A stretch of DNA of 49,023 nucleotides, from positions 1 through 49,023 of the forward strand of contig JAYELD010000015.1 in the NCBI GenBank assembly GCA_034717215.1, read 5' to 3'. Source of the stretch: Caldisericota bacterium. GTDB lineage: Bacteria > Caldisericota > Caldisericia > Caldisericales > Caldisericaceae. Every line of letters begins with the position of its first letter. The stretch's first letter is position 1. The position numbers were made by a program, and so were the translations under genes. Below the pieces are notes generated by a model, which made no database searches, was not told the DNA's origin, and saw only the letters and a program-made list of their open reading frames with translations. This document shows, piece by piece, positions 1 to 9,231 of this stretch.

Positions 1-72
1 GCCTGGTGCAGAGTTGTTGGATGGGAAGTATCATAATAAAAATAGCTACTTGAATTAGTGATTCAATCCTAA

Positions 73-98
73 GGGCGCAAATATTTGCGCCCTTTTTT
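73..98 (+). terminator. Rho-independent terminator (20-nt perfect palindrome plus T6)
   Basis: GGGCGCAAATATTTGCGCCC at 73-92 is followed by TTTTTT at 93-98. It lies just after an open frame that enters from the left edge and stops at TAA 34-36. It is also downstream of the minus-strand decarboxylase operon, but there is no T-tract in that direction. Confidence 0.7.
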
Positions 99-257
99 AT
101 TTTATATCATTTGCTTACCTGAGTTATATTGTAGTGATAACACTGTGTCGGAGGTTAAATATTGTATTGTTAATTTAATTTTAATAATTTTTATTCTTGC
201 AATAAGCCGTTGAGATAAAAAATAGGGTTCACTATATTTAACAATATGAATGGTTTT

Positions 258-1379
258 TTATCTTGCAAGTAAAGTAATCATTATTCCTGCTGCGACTATT
301 GCTCCGATTGCCCCAGCGATATTTGGACCCATTGCATGCATAAGCAAAAAATTACCAGGATTTTCTTCCTGCCCTACTCTTTGAGAAATCCTTGCTGCCA
401 TTGGTACGGCAGATACTCCAGCGGATCCAATGAGGGGATTGACCTTGCCCTTCGTGAAATAATACAAAAGTTTAGCAAAGAGTAAGCCTCCTATCGTACT
501 TGTAACAAAAGCAATGATTCCAAGACCAATAATAATAAGAGTTCCCTTTGTTAAAAATTTATCTGCCTGCATTGTGGACCCGATAGTAGTTGCAATAAGA
601 ATTACGAGAACATCCATAAATTGATTGCTAACTGTTTTTGCAAGCCTATCAGTAACTCCACTTTCTCTGAGAAGATTACCCAACATAAACATTCCAATTA
701 ACAAAGAAGCTTCCGGGATAATTATGGAAACTATGAGCGATATAAAAATAGGAAAAAGAATTTTTTCAACTTTGGAAACAGGGCGTAACTGTTCCATTAC
801 AACGCTTCTTTCTTTTTTTGTAGTGAGCAATCGCATAATCGGGGGTTGAATGATTGGAATAAGCGCCATATACATATATGCTGCGACAGCAATTGGGCCT
901 AGCAGGTGAGGAGCAAGTTTAATTGCGGTATATATTGTTGCTGGCCCAGTAGCTCCTCCAATGATTCCTATTGCTCCTGCTTCCATGAGGCTAAAATTTG
1001 ACATGCTTGCGATAAAAAATGTGATAAAAATTCCAATTTGTGCCGAAGCCCCTATCAATAAAGTTATTGGATTTGCAATCAAAGGACCAAAATCTGTAAG
1101 AGCGCCGACACCTAAAAATATTAAAACTGGTATAATTTCCGTTTGTATTAAATAAGTGTATATTAATTCAAAGAATCCTCCTTTTTCAAGTAAAGCAGCA
1201 CCTAAGGGAAGGTTTGATAATATGCAGCCAAACCCAATTGGAAGGAGAAGAAGTGGCTCTGCCTTTTTAAAAATTGCAAGGTAGATTAGGAATAATCCTA
1301 TCCCAATCATTAGTAATTCTCCCCAGGTAATACTGTAAAATCCATTTTGTCTAAATAAGTTTATGACAAGACTTTGCAT
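258..1379 (-). CDS. mmdB: Na+-translocating decarboxylase beta subunit (OadB/MmdB/GcdB family membrane protein)
   Basis: 373-aa polytopic Gly/Ile/Leu-rich membrane protein. The N-terminus (ITWGELLMIGIGLFLIYLAI) and overall pattern are typical of this family. Last gene of a carboxyltransferase-delta-BCCP-beta operon. AGGGGA SD upstream. Confidence 0.85.
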   Translation of the reverse strand: MQSLVINLFRQNGFYSITWGELLMIGIGLFLIYLAIFKKAEPLLLLPIGFGCILSNLPLGAALLEKGGFFELIYTYLIQTEIIPVLIFLGVGALTDFGPLIANPITLLIGASAQIGIFITFFIASMSNFSLMEAGAIGIIGGATGPATIYTAIKLAPHLLGPIAVAAYMYMALIPIIQPPIMRLLTTKKERSVVMEQLRPVSKVEKILFPIFISLIVSIIIPEASLLIGMFMLGNLLRESGVTDRLAKTVSNQFMDVLVILIATTIGSTMQADKFLTKGTLIIIGLGIIAFVTSTIGGLLFAKLLYYFTKGKVNPLIGSAGVSAVPMAARISQRVGQEENPGNFLLMHAMGPNIAGAIGAIVAAGIMITLLAR

Positions 1380-1388
1380 ATTTTTCCC

Positions 1389-1841
1389 CTATCTTTCTAA
1401 TTCAATCAATTTTTGGCCCGTTATAACATAATCACCTGAATTCATAAAAATTTCTTTAATCTTTCCATTTTCTGGTGCAAAAATTTCATTTTCCATTTTC
1501 ATTGCCTCTATTACAAGTAGTAAGCCTCCTTGTTTTACTGCGTCTCCTTTTTTAACATTCACGGAGAGTACTTTTCCTGGAAGTGGCGCTGCTACGATAC
1601 TTGCTCCACTTTTGGAAACATCTTTTGTTTTTATCGATATTGGTTCTGTTTTAATTGTATTAGCAGGAGTATCAGTAATTTCTTTTTCATAGGGTTTTTT
1701 TGCTTGAGTTTCGGCAACTTTAGGTTTTTCAATTTTGCTATCTTCTTTATTTATTTGAGTAACAACTCGTTGTGGTCCAATTTCACTAATTTCGACTTCA
1801 AATGTTTCTCCATCTACTGTAACTTTAAATTTTTTACCCAT
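1389..1841 (-). CDS. mmdC: Biotin carboxyl carrier subunit of the decarboxylase (biotinyl domain)
   Basis: C-terminal biotinyl/lipoyl domain with the EAMKMENEI biotin-attachment motif. Charged Pro/Lys/Glu linker. AGAGGTGG SD. Confidence 0.85.
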   Translation of the reverse strand: MGKKFKVTVDGETFEVEISEIGPQRVVTQINKEDSKIEKPKVAETQAKKPYEKEITDTPANTIKTEPISIKTKDVSKSGASIVAAPLPGKVLSVNVKKGDAVKQGGLLLVIEAMKMENEIFAPENGKIKEIFMNSGDYVITGQKLIELER

Positions 1842-2154
1842 TTTTCCACCTCTTTATCTTTAATTTTTCATATGATTTATTTTTGGAGAATTTTCTTTTA
1901 GTCAACCTTACTTTGTAGGTTTGATTTAAATATTGATATAGTGCTGCACTTATTGCTGCAATTTTTCTCTTATCTATTTCACTCTTTATCCCCTTCAGTG
2001 GGACAGATACAAACTGTGCCGGTTCTTTTTCTTTTCTGTAAAATATGAATGTAAATAAAATGAGTAAACCATATAGTACTCCAAGCACAACAAACACCCC
2101 TATTTGTCCCATGATACTAAATAAAACTATTTCACTAATTAGATCAATTTTCAT
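1834..2154 (-). CDS. mmdD: Small single-TM decarboxylase subunit (OadG/MmdD-like delta subunit)
   Basis: 106 aa with one N-terminal TM helix (VLFSIMGQIGVFVVLGVLYGLLILFTFIF). Positioned between the carboxyltransferase and BCCP genes. 8-nt overlap with the next gene. Confidence 0.55.
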   Translation of the reverse strand: MKIDLISEIVLFSIMGQIGVFVVLGVLYGLLILFTFIFYRKEKEPAQFVSVPLKGIKSEIDKRKIAAISAALYQYLNQTYKVRLTKRKFSKNKSYEKLKIKRWKNG

Positions 2155-2171
2155 GTCTAACTTGTCTCTTA

Positions 2172-3719
2172 TTAAAGAGGAATATTCCCATGTTTTTTCT
2201 GGACAGGCTCTTCGCTTTTTGTTCTCAGGAATTCAAGTGCCTTGCCAATTACAGCTCTTGTGTCTTTCGGATCTATTATATCGTCAACATATCCTCTTTC
2301 AGCTGCTTTAAATGGATTTGCAAATTGGTCTCTATATTCTTTAATTTTCTCCTCTCTTACCGCTTCCGGGTTTTCAGCATTTTTAATTTCTTTTCTAAAT
2401 ATTATATTAGCGGCACCTTCAGCTCCCATTACTGCTATTTCTGCCTGTGGATAGGCAAAAACCATATCTGCTCCGAGATGCCTTGCACACATGGCTATGT
2501 ATGCACCTCCAAATGCTTTACGCATTATGACTGTAACCTTTGGGACGGTGGCTTCAGAGAATGCATACAAAACTTTTGCACCGTGTCGTATTACACCTCG
2601 ATGTTCTTGATCTGTTCCCGGTAAAAACCCTGGGGTATCCACAAATGTTACAAACGGAATGTTGAAAGCATCGCAGAATCTTACAAATCGTGCAATTTTA
2701 TCTGAAGCATTAATATCAAGGACGCCTGCCATATATTCGGCTTGGTTGGCCACTATTCCTATTGCTCTGCCACCAATACGTGCAAAGCCTATTACTACGT
2801 TTTTTGCAAATAATGATTGAACTTCCAAAAAATCTCCATTATCTACAACTTTTTTGATTACATCTCTAACATCATAGCTTTTTGATGGATCAATTGGGAC
2901 TATATTTCTGAGTTCTAATTCTTCTCTTTCAACAGGGTCACCGGTATCTATAATCTTAGGCTCTTGCAAATAATTATCAGGCAGGAATGACAAAAGTTTC
3001 TTGAGTGTTTCTATTGCATCTTTATCATCTTTTGCAAGGAAGTGTGCTACTCCACTTTTTGTATTGTGCACTAATCCGCCACCAAGTTCTTCATGGCCTA
3101 CTTGTTCTCCTGTTACTGATTTTACGACTTCCGGGCCTGTAATATAGGTAGTAGCCTTTTCTGTCATTATGATAAAATCCATGATTGCTGGTGAATATAC
3201 TGCACCACCAGCTGTTGGGCCCATCATAATTGTAATTTGTGGAATTACACCAGATGTTTTTGTATTTCTTCTGAATATTTCTCCGTATCCGTACAAAGAA
3301 TCTATGCCTTCTTGTATTCTTGCACCGCCTGAATCATTCATACCTATGATTGGTATACCTAATTTCATGGCAAGATCCTGCATTTTTGTGGTTTTAAGAG
3401 CATACATTTCTCCAAGCGATCCTCCGACTACAGTAAAATCCTGAGCAAATAGTGCAATTCTTCGTCCATTTACATACCCTGTGCCAGTCACAATACCATC
3501 TGCGGGTATACTTTTTTTGTCTAAACCAAAGTAGGTAGAACGCGTTTTGACAAAAAGATCAAATTCTTGGAAAGTACCTGAATCAACTAATAACTCAATT
3601 CTTTCTCTTGCTGTAAGTTTTCCTCTTGCGTGTTGTTTTTCTGTCGCCTTTTCTCCCCCACCCTTTTTTAGAGCGGCTTTTTTTTCTTCCAAGTTAATAA
3701 TTAATCCGTTTTTCTTCAT
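2172..3719 (-). CDS. mmdA: Methylmalonyl-CoA decarboxylase alpha subunit / acyl-CoA carboxyltransferase (PccB-MmdA family)
   Basis: 515 aa. N-terminal GGGEKATEKQHARGKLTARERIELL, GGARIQEG and duplicated carboxyltransferase halves are typical of the family. AAGGAGA SD. Confidence 0.9.
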   Translation of the reverse strand: MKKNGLIINLEEKKAALKKGGGEKATEKQHARGKLTARERIELLVDSGTFQEFDLFVKTRSTYFGLDKKSIPADGIVTGTGYVNGRRIALFAQDFTVVGGSLGEMYALKTTKMQDLAMKLGIPIIGMNDSGGARIQEGIDSLYGYGEIFRRNTKTSGVIPQITIMMGPTAGGAVYSPAIMDFIIMTEKATTYITGPEVVKSVTGEQVGHEELGGGLVHNTKSGVAHFLAKDDKDAIETLKKLLSFLPDNYLQEPKIIDTGDPVEREELELRNIVPIDPSKSYDVRDVIKKVVDNGDFLEVQSLFAKNVVIGFARIGGRAIGIVANQAEYMAGVLDINASDKIARFVRFCDAFNIPFVTFVDTPGFLPGTDQEHRGVIRHGAKVLYAFSEATVPKVTVIMRKAFGGAYIAMCARHLGADMVFAYPQAEIAVMGAEGAANIIFRKEIKNAENPEAVREEKIKEYRDQFANPFKAAERGYVDDIIDPKDTRAVIGKALEFLRTKSEEPVQKKHGNIPL

Positions 3720-3783
3720 TTTAGTCTCCTTTATTGTTAAGAGTTATAAAAGATTTTATAATATACTATTAATATAATTTGAG

Positions 3784-4488
3784 TCAAGTAAAAATTATGC
3801 GAAAACTCAGAAATTTAACACAGTCCCTTGAACAATTTTTTTTTGTTCCACTCGCCGTTTCTAGAATGAGTTCCCCTAAGTCAGTAACTCCCAATACTTT
3901 CCCGTAAGTAACGCTTTCGCTTTTTACAGTAATGTTTTTGTTCATAAAAATTAGATGGTCTTCATATTCATTTCTAAACGTGGCAAATCCATTTTTGTTG
4001 AATACTGGAAGAAGTTTTTCTTCTTCTTCTTTTATTCCTTCAAATATTTTTGTCTTGTTTATATTTTCCAATTCTTTTAAACTAATTGCATACTTCTTGG
4101 CTTCAGCAGGAATATCATTCTCAGCATTTATTCCTATACCTACAAATGCAATATTGCGTGATGTTTTTGTAAGTATTCCTGCAATTTTCTTGTTATTTAG
4201 ATATAGATCATTTGGCCATTTTACTTTAATTTCCGGGTCATATTTTTTAAGAACTCGCAGAATAGGTATCGACATAAAAAGGGATAAACCTAAAATTCTT
4301 TCAGTGTAAAACACTTCCGTGAACCATAATCCTCCCTCTGGAGAAAGCCATTTCCTACTTCTCTGTCCATGCCCGGATGTTTGTGATTCAGCTAAAACGA
4401 TAAATGGTGGTTCCAGTATTGAGAGCAATTGTTTTGCAGCAGTCATCGTGCTGCCGACTTTTTTTAAATAAATAACAGTTTTAAACAT
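3784..4488 (-). CDS. birA: Biotin-protein ligase, class I (no N-terminal HTH)
   Basis: Contains GHGQRSRKW (a variant of the GRGRxGRxW biotin loop) and KWPNDLYLNNKKIAGIL. At 234 aa it is too short to carry the repressor domain. Sits directly upstream of the biotin-enzyme operon. Confidence 0.8.
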   Translation of the reverse strand: MFKTVIYLKKVGSTMTAAKQLLSILEPPFIVLAESQTSGHGQRSRKWLSPEGGLWFTEVFYTERILGLSLFMSIPILRVLKKYDPEIKVKWPNDLYLNNKKIAGILTKTSRNIAFVGIGINAENDIPAEAKKYAISLKELENINKTKIFEGIKEEEEKLLPVFNKNGFATFRNEYEDHLIFMNKNITVKSESVTYGKVLGVTDLGELILETASGTKKNCSRDCVKFLSFRIIFT

Positions 4489-4798
4489 CAGAGCGTTACA
4501 ATAAATACAAATATGATTTTGCTCTAAACTTTATTTGTTTGACTCTGATTTTTAAATTCATTACTATCATATTATTACCTTCTTTTTTGGAGGTTATTCC
4601 TTCATTTTTTATAGAATATAGTCTCTTTAATACAAAAAATAATAGCAACCTTAAAGATTTTGTCAAATAGAAACAGCTAAATTCAAATGTGTTTCTTGTC
4701 TTAAGACGCTATAATTGAACAAACTTTTTGAGGTCTAGCGCGGTCGTAATGGAATGTCAATGTATTATATTTTCGATAGTCGCTTGAATTGTACTGCT

Positions 4799-4826
4799 TT
4801 GACTAAATTGTCAAATTCTGTATTAT
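4799..4826 (+). promoter_or_regulatory. Sigma70-like promoter, possibly giving a leaderless moaB mRNA
   Basis: TTGACT (4799-4804), 16-nt spacer, TATTAT (4821-4826). The moaB ATG (4833) begins 7 nt after the -10 and no SD is present. Confidence 0.4.
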
Positions 4827-4832
4827 ATCAAT

Positions 4833-5327
4833 ATGATTACAGTGGCAATTATTATAACAAGTGATACAAGAAGCACGGGAATAAAAAGGGAAGAAACGGT
4901 TCCTATATTAAGCAAGTTTTTTGCAAGTCAGGGTTGGGAGCTTGTAGATGCTTGTGTAATTCCTGACGAATATGAAAAAATCAAGGATAAGATAGTTTAT
5001 TATGCAGATCAGCTGGGGGTAGATTTAATTTTAACGAGTGGAGGAACTGGTTTTTCAAAAAGAGATGTTACTCCAGAGGCGACTAGAGCTGTTATCGAAA
5101 AAGAGACTCCAGGATTTTCAGAAATAATTAGATTGGAATCTTTCAAACCAACAAAAAAAGCTATTTTATCAAGAGCTATAGCAGGAATTCGGGGCACTAC
5201 CCTCATAATAAATCTTCCGGGGAATCCACAGGGTGCAATAGATTCATTAAATATCATTAAAGAAGCTATCCCCCATGGTATAGATATTATCAAAGGAAAA
5301 GGCGAACCACATACTAAACACGAATAA
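4833..5327 (+). CDS. moaB: Molybdenum cofactor biosynthesis protein, MoaB/MogA family
   Basis: 164 aa with LILTSGGTGFSKRDVTPEAT and a PGNP motif, characteristic of the MoCF_biosynth domain. Confidence 0.85.
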   Translation: MITVAIIITSDTRSTGIKREETVPILSKFFASQGWELVDACVIPDEYEKIKDKIVYYADQLGVDLILTSGGTGFSKRDVTPEATRAVIEKETPGFSEIIRLESFKPTKKAILSRAIAGIRGTTLIINLPGNPQGAIDSLNIIKEAIPHGIDIIKGKGEPHTKHE

Positions 5328-5429
5328 GTATGTTGATAGCAAAAAGAGGCAACAATATGAGCTATAGTCCCATTTGTTTTAATTCAAAAGGATGTCATAA
5401 AGAGTATGAATGTAGCGTAAAAAATTTGA

Positions 5430-6383
5430 TTAGATATAGATATCTCTTTTAGATTTAAGAATCTTTGCAAGAAATGCTGCGCCAATTGCGCCTGCATCAT
5501 TTTTTAGCACAGAGCGCACGATTTTAATGTCTTTAAGAGATGATGGCATGGCATAATTTTTTGTCTCCCTTATTGTGTTTCTCAAAATGAGTCCGGACTC
5601 AACTACTCCGCCTCCAAATATGATTATTTCCGGGTTTAATATGTTTATGATATTTCCGCATATTTTTCCTAGATAATGTGAAGCTTGGTCATAAGCTTGA
5701 AGAGCCAGCTTATCCCCACGTTTTGCAAATTGCGCTATCTTTTTTGCTGTAATTTTGCAGTCTATCATTTCTGTTTTTTTTCCTTTTGTTATCTCGCTAG
5801 TTACGTACCGCTCAATTCCTTTTCCTGAAGCAACTGTTTCCAGGCAGCCTCTTTTCCCGCAGTTACATAGAAGACCATTTTCTTGAACAGTTAAGTGGCC
5901 TATTTCGCCTGCAAGTCCTTTTTTCCCGGTATAAATTCTACCGGCAATTAGAATTGCACCTCCGATACCAGTGCCCACAGAAACAAAGACTACATTTTGC
6001 TTATTTTGTGCTGCTCCTATACAAGCTTCTCCTAAAAGTGCAGTGTTGACGTCGTTTTCAAGAAAGGCGGGGACACTTATTTTTTTTGAAAGGTGCTCGA
6101 TAATAGGAAAATCTTTTATTTTTCCAATATTTGGAAGGAAGGTAATTTGCCCCGATGTGTGATTAACCATTCCTGCCAGCCCAATACCTATTGCAGAAGG
6201 AAGAATTGAAGTCTTTTGCTCTATTTTTGTTACACCTGTAAGGATTTTTCGAACAATGTCATCTCCTGAAGCTATTTTTCCTGTTAAGATTCTCCTTTTA
6301 TAAAATATTTCATTATTCTTTAGTAGGACAAAATTGATTTTAGTCCCGCCAAAATCAATACCAAGAAAAGATTTTGTTTTCAT
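5430..6383 (-). CDS. ROK-family sugar kinase (glucokinase-like)
   Basis: GIDFGGTKI ATP-binding N-terminus, the ROK zinc motif CNCGKRGCLE, and GGGV near the C-terminus. Confidence 0.85.
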   Translation of the reverse strand: MKTKSFLGIDFGGTKINFVLLKNNEIFYKRRILTGKIASGDDIVRKILTGVTKIEQKTSILPSAIGIGLAGMVNHTSGQITFLPNIGKIKDFPIIEHLSKKISVPAFLENDVNTALLGEACIGAAQNKQNVVFVSVGTGIGGAILIAGRIYTGKKGLAGEIGHLTVQENGLLCNCGKRGCLETVASGKGIERYVTSEITKGKKTEMIDCKITAKKIAQFAKRGDKLALQAYDQASHYLGKICGNIINILNPEIIIFGGGVVESGLILRNTIRETKNYAMPSSLKDIKIVRSVLKNDAGAIGAAFLAKILKSKRDIYI

Positions 6384-6595
6384 ACTGTTAGTGTATTGAG
6401 TATTAGTGAATAGTCAATAATTTATAGTTACCAATATGATACTTTATTTGATAAAACTTTAATTCAAATTTATTTAGATTGCGAAAAACGTTTTTTAGTA
6501 AAATGTCTTATAAGTAGCGGTACCTTTGAGATTACTCTATTTGGCGTTTAAAGCATGATCAGGCAATTTTGCTTTTGCATTACTGTGTCATATTT

Positions 6596-7435
6596 TCAAT
6601 TGCTCTTCTTTGCCTGTTCAGAGAGGTGTGCATATATAGAGGTAGTTTTTGGATTCTTATGGCCCAATAACTTTTGCATCGTTAAAATATCCGCTTTGTT
6701 TTGCATGAGAAGGACCGCAAATGTATGTCTAAGCGTATGTGGTGAAGTTTTTTTATCTATTCCTGCATTTTTGGCTCTTCTCTTGATAATGGCATATATC
6801 TCTATCTTGCTTAATCGTGTGCCTCTGTTTGATATAAACAGTGCATTACTATGTGTATGCACTTCTCTCCACTGCATATATGACTGTAGCGTGTTTTTCA
6901 GCGCTTTGTCTATTGGAATCTCTCGCTTGTTTTTACCTTTTTCTGCTATGTTCATTCTGCCAGATTTGAGGTTTACATCGTTTATATCCAGATTATAAAG
7001 CTCAGATGGTTTTATTCCTGTAAAAAGAAGCATGTCGATAATAGCTTTATCTCTAATTTTTTTGCAAGCATTTCTTAGTTTCATAACCTCATTGTTAGAA
7101 AGGTAGACAGGAACTTTTTTTGGTTGTTGTAGGGAAGAAGGAATGTCAAAATTTATGTTGTGTTCTTTTGTAATCCATTTACCAAAGGCTTTTAAAACAT
7201 ATACAATTTGTGCTTTTGAATTTTTGTTCCACCGCTCTTTCTCTATAAACTTATAAACAGAATCTTTGTTAGGAATATTAAAATCTTTCAAGAATTCTCG
7301 AAGTATCCATTCTCTATTTTGTATCGTGTGGTATGAATAACCTTTCTTGGAAATATGAGAAAGGTAACCCCTAATAAAGCTCTCTTTATTTTTTATGAAT
7401 TTTTTTGAATCTAATTTCATTTCTTTTTTATCCAT
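6596..7435 (-). CDS. Tyrosine recombinase / phage-integrase family (Xer-like size)
   Basis: Box II HTLRHTFAVLL, LLGH and the nucleophile Tyr in TSIYAHL. Box I reads TGIKPSEL, with Lys where the first catalytic Arg is expected. N-terminal SAM-like core-binding domain. Confidence 0.85.
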   Translation of the reverse strand: MDKKEMKLDSKKFIKNKESFIRGYLSHISKKGYSYHTIQNREWILREFLKDFNIPNKDSVYKFIEKERWNKNSKAQIVYVLKAFGKWITKEHNINFDIPSSLQQPKKVPVYLSNNEVMKLRNACKKIRDKAIIDMLLFTGIKPSELYNLDINDVNLKSGRMNIAEKGKNKREIPIDKALKNTLQSYMQWREVHTHSNALFISNRGTRLSKIEIYAIIKRRAKNAGIDKKTSPHTLRHTFAVLLMQNKADILTMQKLLGHKNPKTTSIYAHLSEQAKKSN

Positions 7436-7487
7436 ATCAGATACCTATTATTTATAATACGCAATTTGAGTAAATTTTAAAAAAGAA

Positions 7488-7515
7488 TTGACTTATGCAA
7501 AATTATGGTTATAAT
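7488..7515 (+). promoter_or_regulatory. Sigma70-like promoter of the phd-like operon
   Basis: TTGACT (7488-7493), 16-nt spacer, TATAAT (7510-7515). Flanked by a direct repeat TTATGCA (7493-7499 and 7527-7533) that could be an operator. Confidence 0.55.
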
Positions 7516-7544
7516 TGTTACTATATTTATGCATAGGAGGCGAA

Positions 7545-7754
7545 ATGTTAAAAGCGATCAATGCAACAGAGGGAAAAAAGAAATTTCTCGAGCTTCTGGA
7601 TAGTTGTAAAGAACAACCCTTTCTCATTATACGAAAAGGGAAACCAACTGCAGTCTTGATGGATAGCGGGCTGTACGAATCAATTATGGAAACGATTAAA
7701 TTTTATGCATATCCTGAAATTGCTAAAGAAATTAAAGAATGGAAGAAAAGATAA
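7545..7754 (+). CDS. Phd/YefM-family antitoxin-like protein
   Basis: The 69-aa protein MLKAINATEGKKKFLELLDSCKEQPFLIIRKGKPTAVLMDSGLYESIMETI fits the Phd/YefM N-terminal fold pattern. GGAGG lies 6 nt upstream of ATG 7545, so the longer ORF-track start at 7515 is unlikely. Confidence 0.7.
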   Translation: MLKAINATEGKKKFLELLDSCKEQPFLIIRKGKPTAVLMDSGLYESIMETIKFYAYPEIAKEIKEWKKR

Positions 7755-8332
7755 ATCTTCTAACCGAGAACTCAATAATTACCTTTAAAAATGACGGAAT
7801 TATACTTTCTTCCTACGGAAAGGAGCTATCTTATTTTAAATATGCGGATATCCAAACGCCATATTTTTCACTAATTATCCTCGCAGGGAGAGAGAGAAAT
7901 TTAAAGAGAGTAAAAAAAATTATCACAACCTATTCTGCACTTTCCGTGATTAGAGAGGTAATTATTGTTGGAAATAAAAGTCAGTCAACTGATGTAATTG
8001 CAGAGCTGTCAAATGTAAAATTTACAAAAAATGAAAAACCAAATGACCCTATTTCTGTGTCAGTAAAAAAAGGAATTTGCCTCTTAAGTAATCATTCTGA
8101 ATTTAACGTTATTGTCTTTGCAAATAGAAAAATTCTATCTGAAAAAAAAATGAATAAATTTATGCACATAGTGCATTCACAAAATATAGGTGTTGCAGTA
8201 CTAGTTGAAAAAGGAAAAAGAACGCATCCTATTATCTTTAGTACAAAGGCACTTCAAAAGATAAGGAAAGTACGAAAAGAACAGGGTATACGATATTTCA
8301 TAAAAAAATTTTCTAGGGAGGTAGCGTTATGA
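7739..8332 (+). CDS. MobA/MocA-like NTP-transferase-fold protein with degenerate active-site motifs
   Basis: Collinear by eye with MobA/MocA: IILAG..., VIIVGN, GVAVLVEKGKRTHPIIFS. The LAGGxxxRMG loop reads LAGRERNLKRV and the (C)D(T/Q)P Asp position reads FANRKI. Extra ~40-aa N-terminus. Overlaps the phd-like gene by 16 nt. Confidence 0.5.
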   Translation: MEEKINLLTENSIITFKNDGIILSSYGKELSYFKYADIQTPYFSLIILAGRERNLKRVKKIITTYSALSVIREVIIVGNKSQSTDVIAELSNVKFTKNEKPNDPISVSVKKGICLLSNHSEFNVIVFANRKILSEKKMNKFMHIVHSQNIGVAVLVEKGKRTHPIIFSTKALQKIRKVRKEQGIRYFIKKFSREVAL

Positions 8333-9231
8333 AAAAATTGGCAATGATTATGATGGCAATATTATTTATCTTTACAGCAGGATGTAAAACTTCGGTCGAA
8401 ACACTTAATATTGCGGTGGAATTAAACGACCATGCTGCATCTGCATATATTGCAAAGGATAGGGACGATTTTAACAAGTATGGTATTGAGGTAGATTTAT
8501 TTGAACAGTATGATACAGGGATGGCTCTTGCTGCGGCTCTTGCTAGAGGAGATATCAATGTCGGATATATTTGCGTTATTCCCGCTATTATTTCATACTC
8601 GCGTGGAGTTCCAATAAAAATTGTTTCTCTTACACACCAATACGGCTATGAACTTGTATCAAAGCAAGGAATAAAGAGCGTACAAGAGCTCGATGGAAAA
8701 AAAGTTGCATGCCCTAAAGAAGGAAGCAGTGCAAACTTTGTTATGAAACTTGTGGAAGAACAATATGATATAAAATTTAATGTACTGGGGACAAAGCCTC
8801 TTGTTGCAATGTCTGCTTTGAGTAATGGTTCTGTAGATGCTGTGTTTATTCCCGAGCATTATGCTTCAATACTTGTTTCACAAGGATTCAAAATACTTCT
8901 TCGCGCTCAAGATGTTTTTCCTGAGATGCCCGGAAGTTGTATTGTTGTAAAAAATGATATCATCGAAACAAAACCTGTAGTTGTAAAAGAACTTGTAAAA
9001 TTGAATATCGCAGAAACAAACTTTATCAATAAAAATCAGAACGAAGCAGCAAAGATTCTTTCTGGATACCTCAATACTGATGAGATTATTATTGAAAACT
9101 CTATGAAGAATATTGCTTATACAAATAGTTTAAATGTAGCAAATATTCAGTTTGTGATAGACAAACTTGCTGACTGGGGTTATATTGACAAACGATTTAA
9201 CGCAGAGGATGCTATATGGGCAGGAAATTAA
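8329..9231 (+). CDS. ABC transporter substrate-binding lipoprotein, NMT1/SsuA/TauA-like (NitT/TauT family)
   Basis: Lipoprotein signal MKKLAMIMMAILFIFTAGC. Sequence pattern of type 2 binding proteins of the nitrate/sulfonate/taurine family. ATGA overlap with the upstream gene. Confidence 0.7.
   Translation: MKKLAMIMMAILFIFTAGCKTSVETLNIAVELNDHAASAYIAKDRDDFNKYGIEVDLFEQYDTGMALAAALARGDINVGYICVIPAIISYSRGVPIKIVSLTHQYGYELVSKQGIKSVQELDGKKVACPKEGSSANFVMKLVEEQYDIKFNVLGTKPLVAMSALSNGSVDAVFIPEHYASILVSQGFKILLRAQDVFPEMPGSCIVVKNDIIETKPVVVKELVKLNIAETNFINKNQNEAAKILSGYLNTDEIIIENSMKNIAYTNSLNVANIQFVIDKLADWGYIDKRFNAEDAIWAGN

Noticed and set aside
1-36. Partial ORF entering from the left edge (…AWCRVVGWEVS-stop)
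   Set aside because: With only 11 codons visible, no product can be assigned. It is noted only as the likely gene served by the terminator at 73-98.
4489-4832. Possible Moco riboswitch or other structured leader upstream of moaB
   Set aside because: The 344-nt region is very AT-rich and has none of the GC-rich paired elements expected of the Moco RNA motif. A promoter abutting the ATG explains the region better.
6384-7544. Calling an integrated mobile element or genomic island around the recombinase
   Set aside because: I could identify no att-like direct repeats, no tRNA target and no phage or transposon genes by eye. The boundaries cannot be supported without a computational repeat search and genome comparison.
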